NCBI GenBank assembly: GCA_964582085.1
Contig: CAZOPV010000006.1
Coordinates: forward strand, 17,026-81,025
Length of the DNA stretch: 64,000 nucleotides
From: an uncultured Candidatus Bathyarchaeia archaeon
GTDB taxonomy: Archaea > Thermoproteota > Bathyarchaeia > Bathyarchaeales > Bathycorpusculaceae
Direction: 5' to 3'
In this document: one piece after another, positions 36,914-45,896 of the stretch
Layout: every line of letters begins with the position of its first letter
How positions within the stretch are numbered: position 1 is the first letter of the stretch
Notes under the pieces: generated by a model
What the model saw: the letters and a program-made list of their open reading frames with translations, nothing else
Told to the model about the DNA's origin: nothing
Databases searched by the model: none
Made by a program: the position numbers and the translations under genes

Positions 36914-38857
36914 TTAACTTTGGTTTTTCTCTTTTTGTGCCATGATTGCCGTCAATTCTTTGATTGTGTCTCTTAGTTCAATTGCCCTTTCAAAATCTAG
37001 TCGCTCTGCTGCTTCCCGCATTTTTGCTTCTAACTCGACCAGTTGTTTGTGAATGTCGGCTTTAGCTAAGTGCTTGACGCTTTTGATTGTGCCTTCTTTT
37101 AGGGAGACGCTCTTCACGATGGTTTTTGGTGTGATGCCGTGGAGGCGGTTGAAGTTCATTTGGAATTTGCGTCTGTACGCGGTGATTTCCATGGCGCGTT
37201 TAATTGATTGTGTTTTCACGTCGGCGTACAGTATAACTTTGCCTTTTTCGTTGCGGGCTGCTCGTCCAATTGTTTGAATTAGGCTGCGTTCATCACGTAG
37301 AAAGCCTTCTTTGTCGGCGTCTAAAATGAAGATTGTGGCAACTTCTGGTATGTCTAGACCTTCGCGGAGCAAGTTTATTCCGACGAGTATGTCGTATTCT
37401 CCTATCCGAAGTTGCCGTACGAGCTCTATGCGGTCGAGGCTATCTATGTCTGAGTGCATGTATCTGACGCGGAATCCTTCTTTGACTAAGTAGTCTGTGA
37501 GATCTTCTGCCATACGTTTTGTTAGCGTTGTAATTAGCACACGGTTGCCCTCATTGATTGTTTTTTTTGCTTCCGACATGAGGTGTTGCATCTGGTCTGT
37601 GATGGGGTGCAGTTCCACTTGAGGGTCCAAAAGTCCTGTAGGGCGGGTGATTAGCTCTACAGGTGGACCGCTTTTTTCTAGCTCGTATTCCGCGGGTGTT
37701 GCTGAAACAAACAGTGTTTTTCCCATTTTCTGCTCGAATTCTTCGAATTTTAGTGGGCGATTATCAAATGCGCTGGGGAGTCTAAAGCCGAAGTCCACTA
37801 GATTCTTTTTGCGTGAGTAGTCGCCGTTGTACATTGCGCGGGCTTGGGGTATGGTTTGGTGGCTTTCATCTATAATTAGCAGGTAGTCTTTTGGGAAGTA
37901 ATCCATTAACGTGAACGGTGGTTCACCTGGTTTGCGTCCGTCGAAATGTCTGCTGTAGTTTTCCATGCCTGAGCAGAATCCCATCTCTCGAATCATTTCT
38001 AAATCGTAGTTTGTGCGTTGTTTGAGGCGTTGCGCTTCAAGTGGTGGCAATTGTGGTAGTCTTTCTTCTAGTTCTCGTTGTATCTGTTGCAGTGCGCGTT
38101 CATGTTTTTCTTGGGGCACTACATACTGCCGCGCCGGGTACAGTGTGATCTTGTCGACGGTGTTTTTTACGTCGGCTGTGAGTGCGTTGACTTCTTTGAT
38201 TTTCTTGATTTTGCCTGAGTCAAGTTCTATTCTTAAAATATCTTTCTCGTAAGCCGGGATTACGTCTATGGTTTCTCCGCGAACGCGAAATCTGCCGGCT
38301 TCCAGAAAAGCATCGTTGCGTTCATATTGCATATCAACTAAGGTGTGAATTAGCTTTTGCCTGTTTATCTCTTTGCCTACTTCTAGTTCGACAGCCATGC
38401 TTTTGAAGTCGTCAGGGTTGCCTAAGCTGTAGATGCAGCTTATACTAGCAACTATAATTGTGTCACTTCTGCTTACGATGCTTGAGACCGCGTGCATACG
38501 CATCTTTTCGATCTCTGCGTTTACGTCTGAGTCTTTTTCTATGTAGGTGTCTGTTGTTGGAATGTAAGATTCGGGTTGATAGTAATCGTAGAAAGAGATG
38601 AAATATTCAACTCTGTTCTTGGGGAAAAACTCTTTCAACTCAGCGTAAAGCTGAGCTGCCAGCGTTTTGTTGTGTGCGATGATGAGCGTTGGTTTCTGAA
38701 GTCGGTTAATTACGTTGGCCATGACAAATGTTTTGCCGCTGCCTGTTATCCCTAGAAGTGTCTGTTTGTCTTTTTTTGAGAATCCTGCCACTATCTTTTC
38801 AACTGCTTCTTCTTGTCCAGGTGATGTTTTGAATGGTGCAATTAGTTCGAACTGCAT
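36914..38857 (-). CDS. uvrB: Excinuclease ABC subunit B
   Basis: GITGSGKTF Walker A, DESH box, helicase motifs and a C-terminal UVR domain (ERLDFERAIELRD). Confidence 0.95.
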   Translation of the reverse strand: MQFELIAPFKTSPGQEEAVEKIVAGFSKKDKQTLLGITGSGKTFVMANVINRLQKPTLIIAHNKTLAAQLYAELKEFFPKNRVEYFISFYDYYQPESYIPTTDTYIEKDSDVNAEIEKMRMHAVSSIVSRSDTIIVASISCIYSLGNPDDFKSMAVELEVGKEINRQKLIHTLVDMQYERNDAFLEAGRFRVRGETIDVIPAYEKDILRIELDSGKIKKIKEVNALTADVKNTVDKITLYPARQYVVPQEKHERALQQIQRELEERLPQLPPLEAQRLKQRTNYDLEMIREMGFCSGMENYSRHFDGRKPGEPPFTLMDYFPKDYLLIIDESHQTIPQARAMYNGDYSRKKNLVDFGFRLPSAFDNRPLKFEEFEQKMGKTLFVSATPAEYELEKSGPPVELITRPTGLLDPQVELHPITDQMQHLMSEAKKTINEGNRVLITTLTKRMAEDLTDYLVKEGFRVRYMHSDIDSLDRIELVRQLRIGEYDILVGINLLREGLDIPEVATIFILDADKEGFLRDERSLIQTIGRAARNEKGKVILYADVKTQSIKRAMEITAYRRKFQMNFNRLHGITPKTIVKSVSLKEGTIKSVKHLAKADIHKQLVELEAKMREAAERLDFERAIELRDTIKELTAIMAQKEKNQS

Positions 38858-39083
38858 TTTCGTCTCTCGTGAACTCGCTAGCAGGAGGGGTTTTGGTTTA
38901 TAAGAGTTTTTAATAGGTCTTTTGTGTTTGTTGGTGTTTTATTTTGTTGTGTGATTAATTGTGGGTTTATGATTGTGGTTTTTTCTTTGGGCGTTTTGTG
39001 TGTTGTTGTAGTGGTGTAGTACAAAAAATGAATAAGGTTTATTAATACTTACGATAAATGTTGATGTGGATGTGGGGGAAACT

Positions 39084-40022
39084 ATGGCGCAGCCAATGGT
39101 CGATTCGGCGTTGCCTTTAGCCGTGACTAAGTTGAAGAAAATGGGAATCCAAAAAGGCGGCAAACCTCTTTTAGGAGGCGAGGCAACCTATAGAAAATTG
39201 TTCAACACCTTTGCTGAGCCGGTTTTTATTGCTGATTATGAGACTGGAGTAATTCTTGACTGTAACACGGCTTCTTTTGAGTTGACGTCTTTTTCGAAAG
39301 CAGAGTTGGTTGGCGTGAAAATAAATTCTTTGTTTTATAGTGCGCCTGAAAAGATTGCCGCGGCGTCTGTTGAGCAGTTTCTGGGGTGTACTGAAGGGCA
39401 AGTTGTTAATGCGACGCTGATCACAAAGGGGGGTGTCAAAAAGGAGGTTGCGGTTCGGTTTGATACTTTAATGTTTAACCGGCGGAAAATTGTGCGTTTG
39501 ATGTTTTGGGATGTCACGGAGAAAAAGCGACTTGAGGAATTATTGGTCAAAGTGGTTTACAAATTAAGTGGGCTCTCGCCTGGTGACAGTGTGATTTATG
39601 GTTCTCATGAGCGGTGTTTTAATGTCTATGAGAGTCTTGTATGTATCAGCTTGCCCTCTTTGTGTATTGTTCATGGTGATCCGCAGAAGTTAATAGATAT
39701 GTATGATGTTCCTGTGGAGTCCGTTAGATTGTTGGCTTCTAAATCTATTAAGGGGTTTAGTGTTTTGCCTAATCTACAGGAGCTTTCTCTTGAGTTATCT
39801 AGGTTTTTGAATACCTATAAGAGGGGGGTTATTCTTCTTGATGGTTTGGAGCGTTTAATTAGTACTTATGGTTTTGAGGCGGTATATCAGTTTATTCAAG
39901 AGAAGCATTTTGATTTGTTGGAGCATGATTCTTTTTTGCTTATGCCTATGAATTTAGATGCGCTCAGTAAAGTGGAAAAGGCATATTTGGCAAGTGAAGT
40001 TAAAATTATTGAGGGAAACTAG
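39084..40022 (+). CDS. Cytoplasmic PAS sensor with C-terminal DUF835 domain
   Basis: PAS (YRKLFNTFAEPVFIADYETGVILDCNTAS..WDVTEKKRLEE). The C-terminus LCIVHGDPQKLIDMYDV..VILLDGLERLISTYGFEAVYQFIQEKHFDLL matches the DUF835 pattern. ATG 39084 follows a GGGGGA SD-like run. Confidence 0.75.
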   Translation: MAQPMVDSALPLAVTKLKKMGIQKGGKPLLGGEATYRKLFNTFAEPVFIADYETGVILDCNTASFELTSFSKAELVGVKINSLFYSAPEKIAAASVEQFLGCTEGQVVNATLITKGGVKKEVAVRFDTLMFNRRKIVRLMFWDVTEKKRLEELLVKVVYKLSGLSPGDSVIYGSHERCFNVYESLVCISLPSLCIVHGDPQKLIDMYDVPVESVRLLASKSIKGFSVLPNLQELSLELSRFLNTYKRGVILLDGLERLISTYGFEAVYQFIQEKHFDLLEHDSFLLMPMNLDALSKVEKAYLASEVKIIEGN

Positions 40023-40163
40023 GGGGCGGGTTCTTCAGGGGTGCGAGGTAATTAGTTTTTTGTTGTGGTTTGTTTTTTTGGTGTAAGTGTTTAATTTAGA
40101 GGTTGTGTTCGACAAAAAATTAATTATGTTAGACGTCGCTTATCTGTTATCGCTGGTTGTTTG

Positions 40164-41654
40164 ATGACTGAGAAACAACTGACTTCTAAAAGGCGCATTT
40201 TAGAGACTTTTAAAATTAATGAACCTTTTCAGTTTGCTGTCCTCTCAGAGGACCCTGCTACTCATGAGCTTTGGTATGAAGTCTTTGAGCCTACTCTTCA
40301 GGAGGCGGAAAAAAAGTATTTTACGGATATTAGAAATTTTTTGGTTGAGGAAATTGATGTTACTTTTTCTGAGTTGGGGTCGGAGGAGAAAGCTAGGGAG
40401 TATTTAAGTGATCAGGTTAAGCGGATTGTTAAAAAGTTTCGTATTCGTGTGGGTGAAGCGAGTTTAGCGAAGATCCTTTATTATATTAATCGAGATTTTG
40501 TTGGTTACGGCAAGATTGATGTGATGATGCGTGATCCTCTGATTGAGGATATCAGTTGTAATGGGGTTTCGGGTCCTGTTTATGTTTGGCACAGGGAGTA
40601 TGAGTCTATTCCTACGAATGTTAGTTTTGATTCGGAGGATGAGTTGAATTCTTTTGTTATAAAATTGGCTTATAGGACTGGGCGCATGATTTCTGTGGCT
40701 AATCCGATTTTGGATTCGATTCTTGCGGATGGTAGCCGTATTCAGATGACTTATGGGAAAGCAGTTACTAGGGGCGGGTCGACGTTTACTATTCGGAAGT
40801 TTAAGGCTGATCCGTTGACTATAATTGATTTGATAAAGTTTAAGACGGTTCCTCTTAAGTTGGCTGCGTTTTTGTGGTACTTTGTAGAGAATAAGCTGGA
40901 CATTTTTGTTTGTGGTCCTACGGCGTCAGGTAAGACTACTACGCTTAATTGTTTGTCAGCTTTTATTCAGCCTGATTTTAAGATCATTACTATTGAGGAT
41001 ACGCCTGAGTTGCAGCTTCATCATAAAAACTGGCTTAGATCTGTTTCGCGTCCCAGTGGTGGTTCTTCTGCGGAGATTAGTCTTTATGATCTTTTGAGGG
41101 CGGCTATGCGGCAGAGACCTGATTATATTATTGTGGGGGAGATAAGGGGTGCTGAGGCGTATACGCTTTTTCAGGCGATGGCGACTGGGCATGGGGGTTT
41201 TTCGTCTTTGCATGCTGAGTCTGTGGCTTCGGTTGTGCATCGTCTTGAAACTGAACCGATGAATATACCGCGGACGTTAGTTACGAGTTTGGATTTTGTG
41301 CTTATCCAGCAGAAGTTGCAGGTGGAAGGTAAGCCTGTTAGGCGAGTTACTTCTGCTACTGAGTTTGTTGGTTTGGATACGCGGACTAATGAGATAATTA
41401 CTAATGAGGTGTTTAGCTATAATGCTAATAATGATGCGTATCAGTATTCAGGTAGGTCTTATCATTTGGAGAAGATTGCTAAAAGCAGTGGAAAGAGCCT
41501 AAAGGACGTTATGGAGGAGGTTGAGAAGAGAAGTTTGATTCTTGATTGGATGGTGAAGAATGATATTCGGCGGTTCAAAGATGTAACTGAGGTTATTCGT
41601 GGCTTTTACAGTAATCCTGAGGAGATTTATAGTCGGATTAAGGTTGGGTCATGA
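40164..41654 (+). CDS. FlaI/PilB-type (T2SS-E family) secretion ATPase, second copy
   Basis: Walker A VCGPTASGKTT, Walker B YIIVGEIRGAEA, His box GHGGFSSLHA. It is collinear with 24295..25875. Confidence 0.9.
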   Translation: MTEKQLTSKRRILETFKINEPFQFAVLSEDPATHELWYEVFEPTLQEAEKKYFTDIRNFLVEEIDVTFSELGSEEKAREYLSDQVKRIVKKFRIRVGEASLAKILYYINRDFVGYGKIDVMMRDPLIEDISCNGVSGPVYVWHREYESIPTNVSFDSEDELNSFVIKLAYRTGRMISVANPILDSILADGSRIQMTYGKAVTRGGSTFTIRKFKADPLTIIDLIKFKTVPLKLAAFLWYFVENKLDIFVCGPTASGKTTTLNCLSAFIQPDFKIITIEDTPELQLHHKNWLRSVSRPSGGSSAEISLYDLLRAAMRQRPDYIIVGEIRGAEAYTLFQAMATGHGGFSSLHAESVASVVHRLETEPMNIPRTLVTSLDFVLIQQKLQVEGKPVRRVTSATEFVGLDTRTNEIITNEVFSYNANNDAYQYSGRSYHLEKIAKSSGKSLKDVMEEVEKRSLILDWMVKNDIRRFKDVTEVIRGFYSNPEEIYSRIKVGS

Positions 41655-41716
41655 TTATGTTTCAGTTATCCTTCGCTGTGGGTTGGTTTACTTGGTTTCT
41701 GGTGGGGTGTTGAATA

Positions 41717-42643
41717 GTGAAACCTGAGTCGGTGGCGCTCAAAGGTTCTTCGTTTAGTTTTCATGAGTTTGGGTACCGTGTGTTGGGTGTTGCTCCTGCT
41801 CGTTTTTTTCCTTTGTCTGAGAGGCTGAGGCGGAATCTCCTTAGAGCAAATGTTAAGGTGAATCACGTTGTTTATGTGAGTTCGATGTTTTTTTGGAGTT
41901 TAGTTGCTTTTTTTGCGTCGTTGGTTTTGGTGCCTGTTTTGTTTGTTTCTTTTTCTTCTTTTCTCGGGGTGGTTTTTCCTTTGTCTTTTGTTGCTGTGGT
42001 GGGTTTGTTGGCTGGTGGGGTTAGTTTTGGTGTTTGTTTTGTGGTGTTTTTGTATTATCCGAGTTACAAGGCTTCTGTGTTGAAGATGAAAATTGAGAAG
42101 AATCTTGTGTATGTTGCTAATTATATGGCTATTCTTAGTGGTGCCGGTGCTACGCCTGGGGAGACTTTTAGTTCTCTTGCTAGGATTGGGGAGGTTTTTA
42201 GTTTGAAGGAGAGTGCACAGAGTGTTGTGCGTAGTGTTGAGTTGTTGGGGGAGGATTTGATAGCTGCTTTGGATGAGGAGAGTAAGCGAACTCCTAGTAG
42301 GGAGTATTCCAGTTTTCTTCAAGGTTATATTTCTACGGTGCAGACTGGTGGTAATTTGCATTTTTATTTGATGACTATGGCGAATAAGTTTACTGAGACT
42401 CGTCGTCGTCGGTTGAGTAAGATGATTTCTCAGTTGGGGTTGGCGGGGGAGCTTTACATCACGTTATTGGTTGCTTTTCCAATAATTATGATTACGTTGT
42501 TGGTTATTATGGGTGTTTTTGGCGGTGAGGTTATTGGTGGGCTTTCAGCTGCTCAGCTTTTGCCTCTTTTGGTTTATTTGTTGTTGCCGTCTGCTGCGGC
42601 GTTTGTGTTAGTTTATGTGGATGCTATAATGTCGAGTTGGTGA
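41717..42643 (+). CDS. Platform protein, N-terminal T2SS-F half (FlaJ/TadB-like)
   Basis: One T2SS-F domain (ANYMAILSGAGATPGETF..VQTGGNL) plus TM helices. It ends at TGA 42641-42643, in frame with the next ORF. Confidence 0.75.
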   Translation: MKPESVALKGSSFSFHEFGYRVLGVAPARFFPLSERLRRNLLRANVKVNHVVYVSSMFFWSLVAFFASLVLVPVLFVSFSSFLGVVFPLSFVAVVGLLAGGVSFGVCFVVFLYYPSYKASVLKMKIEKNLVYVANYMAILSGAGATPGETFSSLARIGEVFSLKESAQSVVRSVELLGEDLIAALDEESKRTPSREYSSFLQGYISTVQTGGNLHFYLMTMANKFTETRRRRLSKMISQLGLAGELYITLLVAFPIIMITLLVIMGVFGGEVIGGLSAAQLLPLLVYLLLPSAAAFVLVYVDAIMSSW

Positions 42644-42646
42644 AGT

Positions 42647-43477
42647 ATGAGGTTGTTTGGGTTTTTTTCTCTTAGAACCAAGCGGTTTGTCTATGTTGTA
42701 TCTTTGATTATGGCGTTTGTGGTGGTTGTTGTGGGGTACATGTCGGTGTCGTTGAGTTTCGTTTTTCATGCTTATGTCGCGGTTGGGTTTGCTGTTGGGT
42801 TGTTTTTTCCGTCTATTATTGTGCATTTGGAAAATCGGCGGAAGCGACTTATTGATAATGCTTGGCCTGTGCTTCTTGATAATTTGGCTGAGAGCCAAGC
42901 TGTTGGTTTGACTTTGCTTCAGGGGTTGGAGGATGTTTCTCGCCGGAATTATGGTCCTGTTACTGAGGAGTTACGTAAGTTGACTGCGAAGTTGACTTTT
43001 GGTGTGGAGTTTGAGAAGGCGTTTTTGGATTTTAGTAAGCGTATTGGCACGGAGTTTTCTGCTAAGGTGAGTGCGCTTATAGTTGAGGCGGTACGGTTGG
43101 GTGGTGATTTGAAGAGTTCTCTTAATTCTACGGCTCAATTTGTGAGGGAGATGATTGAGGTGAGGGATGAGCGTGAGTCTCAGCTTCGTCCTTATTTGTT
43201 TATAATTTACATCAGTTTTTTTGTTTTTGTTGGGGTTATTGTGCTTTTGTATCAGAGTTTGTTTGTGCCTATGGCGCAGTCTCAGCAGACTCAGTTCTTG
43301 AACATAACAATTTCGTTTGAGAGTTTTAGGGCGTTGTTATTTGATTTGGCTATTGTGGAAGCAATATTTGGGGGTTTGGCTGCTGGGAAACTTAGTGAGG
43401 GCATTATGTTGAATGGGCTGAAGCATTCTGTTGTTATGCTTGTAATTGTGACTGTTATCTTTACGTTCCTGCTTTGA
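42647..43477 (+). CDS. Platform protein, C-terminal T2SS-F half (FlaJ/TadC-like)
   Basis: Second T2SS-F domain (WPVLLDNLAESQAVGLTLLQGL..RLGGDL) plus TM helices. The ATG lies one codon after the in-frame TGA. Confidence 0.75.
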   Translation: MRLFGFFSLRTKRFVYVVSLIMAFVVVVVGYMSVSLSFVFHAYVAVGFAVGLFFPSIIVHLENRRKRLIDNAWPVLLDNLAESQAVGLTLLQGLEDVSRRNYGPVTEELRKLTAKLTFGVEFEKAFLDFSKRIGTEFSAKVSALIVEAVRLGGDLKSSLNSTAQFVREMIEVRDERESQLRPYLFIIYISFFVFVGVIVLLYQSLFVPMAQSQQTQFLNITISFESFRALLFDLAIVEAIFGGLAAGKLSEGIMLNGLKHSVVMLVIVTVIFTFLL

Positions 43478-43538
43478 ATTTTGAAGAAGTTTTTTTGGTT
43501 TACTCTTCTTTGGTTTGTGAAAAGAGTGAGAGGGTGTT

Positions 43539-44651
43539 TTAGTTTTTGTTGTCTTGTTTGTTTCTTTTGAAGAACCCGCCTATTTTTCCTGTCTTCTTGT
43601 CTGGCTCTTTTTTAGGTGGGGGTGTTGGAGCTGTGAATTGTTCTATGATGTCGAGTTTTTCTGTTTTTTCTTTTTTTTGTTTTGTTTTTTCTGGTTGCAT
43701 CCTATTTATCAATTCGTTTAGCGCTATGGTTGGGGATGCCTCTATTATGTTTAGTTTGTAGAATTGGATGAGTTTTTTTGCTTCTTCGTTGAAGGCGGAG
43801 GCGATTATGTAGGTTTCTATTTTTGCGTCGGATATTTTTTCGTGTTCCATGGTTATTTGGAATTTGTTGACGGGTTGGTTGGAGAATAGTGCGTCTATGG
43901 CGAGTTGTTTGCCAGCGTTTGTGTCGATTATGGCGTCAAATTCGTGTTGTATGCCTGATGCGCCTGTGATTTTGCCTGGGATGTGTACTTGGTGGTTTAG
44001 TTTTGTTAGGCTTTTTTCTACGAAGAAGGGAAAGAGTGCTCCGTTGTTGATTTCATTTTTGGTGGTGTCGCTGAGAGTGTAGTTGTGTGTTTCGACGTAT
44101 TTTGCGTCGTTGAAGTCGAATTTTTCTCCGCAGTTTCTACAGGTGTGGAGTGGTTGTGGGTTTTCGATACGTTTTTTGCAGTTGGCGCATTCGTACCATC
44201 TTCCTGCGCTTCTAACATCTGTTCTTTTGAGGGGAGCTTTGCATTTTGGGCAGATCAGGTTGTCGTCGACTTTGAAGTAGGGAAGGGTGTTTATGTAGCC
44301 GCAGGTAATGTGTTCGATGAGGGCGTTCCGTATTATTTGTGGAGAGCCGCAAGAGGGGCAGGTATAAGTGGTTGATATGTTGGCGTTGTTGCATTCTGGG
44401 CAGTGGAGTGCCATATCAATTGTTTTTTGGTTTAGGATGCCTAGGGCTGAGAGTTTTTTTAGAGTTTTTTCGGTGCTGGCGGGGTCTTTGTTTAGGAGAG
44501 CTTCGATTTCTGGGTAGTGATAGCCGTGGTTTGTGTCGTAAGTGGGGTTGAGGTTACCGTTTGCTTCGATGATTTTGAGGAGTAAGTGTGCTGTTTCAGC
44601 TTCTTTGTAGGCTTCATGTCGCTCTTTTGTTTCCTCTTGTGTTGTGCTCAT
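43539..44651 (-). CDS. Multi-zinc-ribbon protein with wHTH-like N-terminus, alpha/beta C-domain and Lys-rich tail
   Basis: CPECN..CPSCG, CPKCK..CANCK and CRNCG motifs. The K/E/P-rich C-terminal tail ends in GGFFKRNKQDNKN. Confidence 0.65.
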   Translation of the reverse strand: MSTTQEETKERHEAYKEAETAHLLLKIIEANGNLNPTYDTNHGYHYPEIEALLNKDPASTEKTLKKLSALGILNQKTIDMALHCPECNNANISTTYTCPSCGSPQIIRNALIEHITCGYINTLPYFKVDDNLICPKCKAPLKRTDVRSAGRWYECANCKKRIENPQPLHTCRNCGEKFDFNDAKYVETHNYTLSDTTKNEINNGALFPFFVEKSLTKLNHQVHIPGKITGASGIQHEFDAIIDTNAGKQLAIDALFSNQPVNKFQITMEHEKISDAKIETYIIASAFNEEAKKLIQFYKLNIIEASPTIALNELINRMQPEKTKQKKEKTEKLDIIEQFTAPTPPPKKEPDKKTGKIGGFFKRNKQDNKN

Positions 44652-44739
44652 AGGGGTGTTCCTGTTTTGTTTTTGGTTGTATGTGTATTTACGTTTTGGC
44701 GTTTATTAGCCTGTTGTCTGTGTTTCTTTTGGATTGGTT

Positions 44740-44955
44740 TTATGCAGTTTTTATGTATGAATAGTTACCTCTAAAGTCGCCAAGCCTGATCCGATAAGAA
44801 TCTGTTAATCCTTTCAGTTTCTTTATGTCGTAATATTCTGCTGGGACAGGGTTTTCACGTAAGATCAAAAGGGACTCAAAAATTCTCCGTTTAATATGTT
44901 CAGGTAACTTCTTGGAACTTATTTGGGCTTGTTTTGCAATGATAATGTTGAACAA
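44740..44955 (-). pseudogene. RelE/ParE-family toxin remnant (C-terminally truncated)
   Basis: ..LRENPVPAEYYDIKKLKGLTDSYRIRLGDFR.. matches the RelE/ParE core. The ORF stops about 20 aa earlier than typical family members. Confidence 0.55.
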
Positions 44956-44959
44956 TAGG

Positions 44960-45165
44960 TCAGCAACCGAGTTCCTCAATAAACTCTTGTAAATCTATCT
45001 TTGACCCCTTCGCTAATTCACGTTTAGCTCTTTTGATCTTTTTTCTATCTCGGTTGCCTCTTCCTCAGGTATTAGCAGAGCTCTTAATCTAAGGAGTTAG
45101 AGTTTGACTTCATCTATTTTGTTGAGAACTATCTTCAAGTTTTCGTCGCTGACTGTAACGGTCAC
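44960..45165 (-). pseudogene. Cognate antitoxin remnant (in-frame stop plus frameshift)
   Basis: The minus strand reads VTVTVSDENLKIVLNKIDEVKL*LLRLRALLIPEEEATEIEKRSKEL, then shifts frame to KRELAKGSKIDLQEFIEELGC*. Its stop overlaps the toxin start region. Confidence 0.45.
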
Positions 45166-45362
45166 AGTTTATAGCCTATCTTTAATATGGGCACAGCAAG
45201 AAGATTTCTCCTCTATTTAGGTATTCGTTAGAAGGCAGTAAAGTAGTTGGTAAATGGAGAGATTTATGCTTTTGTAGATTTAATGTTGCTTTTTTATTGT
45301 TCTTCAAGTTGATTTTGTGATAGCTTTTTTTGCTTTGGTTGCGCAGTTATTTTTTGAGGCTT

Positions 45363-45767
45363 ATGAACCGTGTGAGTAGAGCTCTTTTGGCGTTTACTCT
45401 TTTTGTGGTGACGTTTGCTTTGGCTTTCTGCTGTGTTGTGTGGTTGAGGAGTCCTGTCGTTGTTAGCCTTAGTGGTTTTGATGGGGAAACTTTTAGTGGT
45501 GTGTTTGAAGTTAAAGGGGGTAATTGTGATGTTGAAGTTGTGTATTTTCAGCGTTGGAGTTTGGGGTGGAGTTTGAGGGTTGAGCTTTTTGAGGAGGGAA
45601 AAAGTGAAGTGCCTGTGTTTTCAGCTACTGCTGTTCGCTATGTCCTTCCTGGTGGAACGGAGACTGTTGAGTTGAGTGCTCATCCGAGTCTTTCGCCTGG
45701 ACGATATTATCTTCGAGTTGAGTCTGTGGGTGTTCAGTGGACTGTGCACGTTGTTGAGTGGGAGTGA
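45363..45767 (+). CDS. Hypothetical N-terminally anchored beta-rich protein
   Basis: MNRVSRALLAFTLFVVTFALAFCCVVWL anchor followed by a ~100-aa beta-rich domain. Confidence 0.5.
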   Translation: MNRVSRALLAFTLFVVTFALAFCCVVWLRSPVVVSLSGFDGETFSGVFEVKGGNCDVEVVYFQRWSLGWSLRVELFEEGKSEVPVFSATAVRYVLPGGTETVELSAHPSLSPGRYYLRVESVGVQWTVHVVEWE

Positions 45768-45896
45768 CGGGGTTGTTTTTGTAAAGTAAAGTTAGACGAT
45801 GTAAGCGAGGGTTTTGTTTGGTGTTGTAGTTTTTTGTGTGTTTTGGGCGGTTTGTTTTTTGTTTTCTTTTTGTTGTATCATGTTTGTCGCTCCTGT

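Noticed and set aside
41900-42361. 153-aa minus-strand ORF rich in K/R/T/N/Q, and similar ORFs at 40956..41240, 42608..42898 and 38939..39163.
   Set aside because: These are shadow ORFs antisense to well-supported genes or lying in GT-rich spacers. Their low-complexity composition comes from the extreme G+T bias of the + strand.
42641-42643. In-frame TGA read as selenocysteine.
   Set aside because: I see no obvious SECIS-like hairpin immediately downstream, and no selenoprotein logic applies to a platform-protein linker. A split gene, a nonsense mutation or a sequencing error are more parsimonious.
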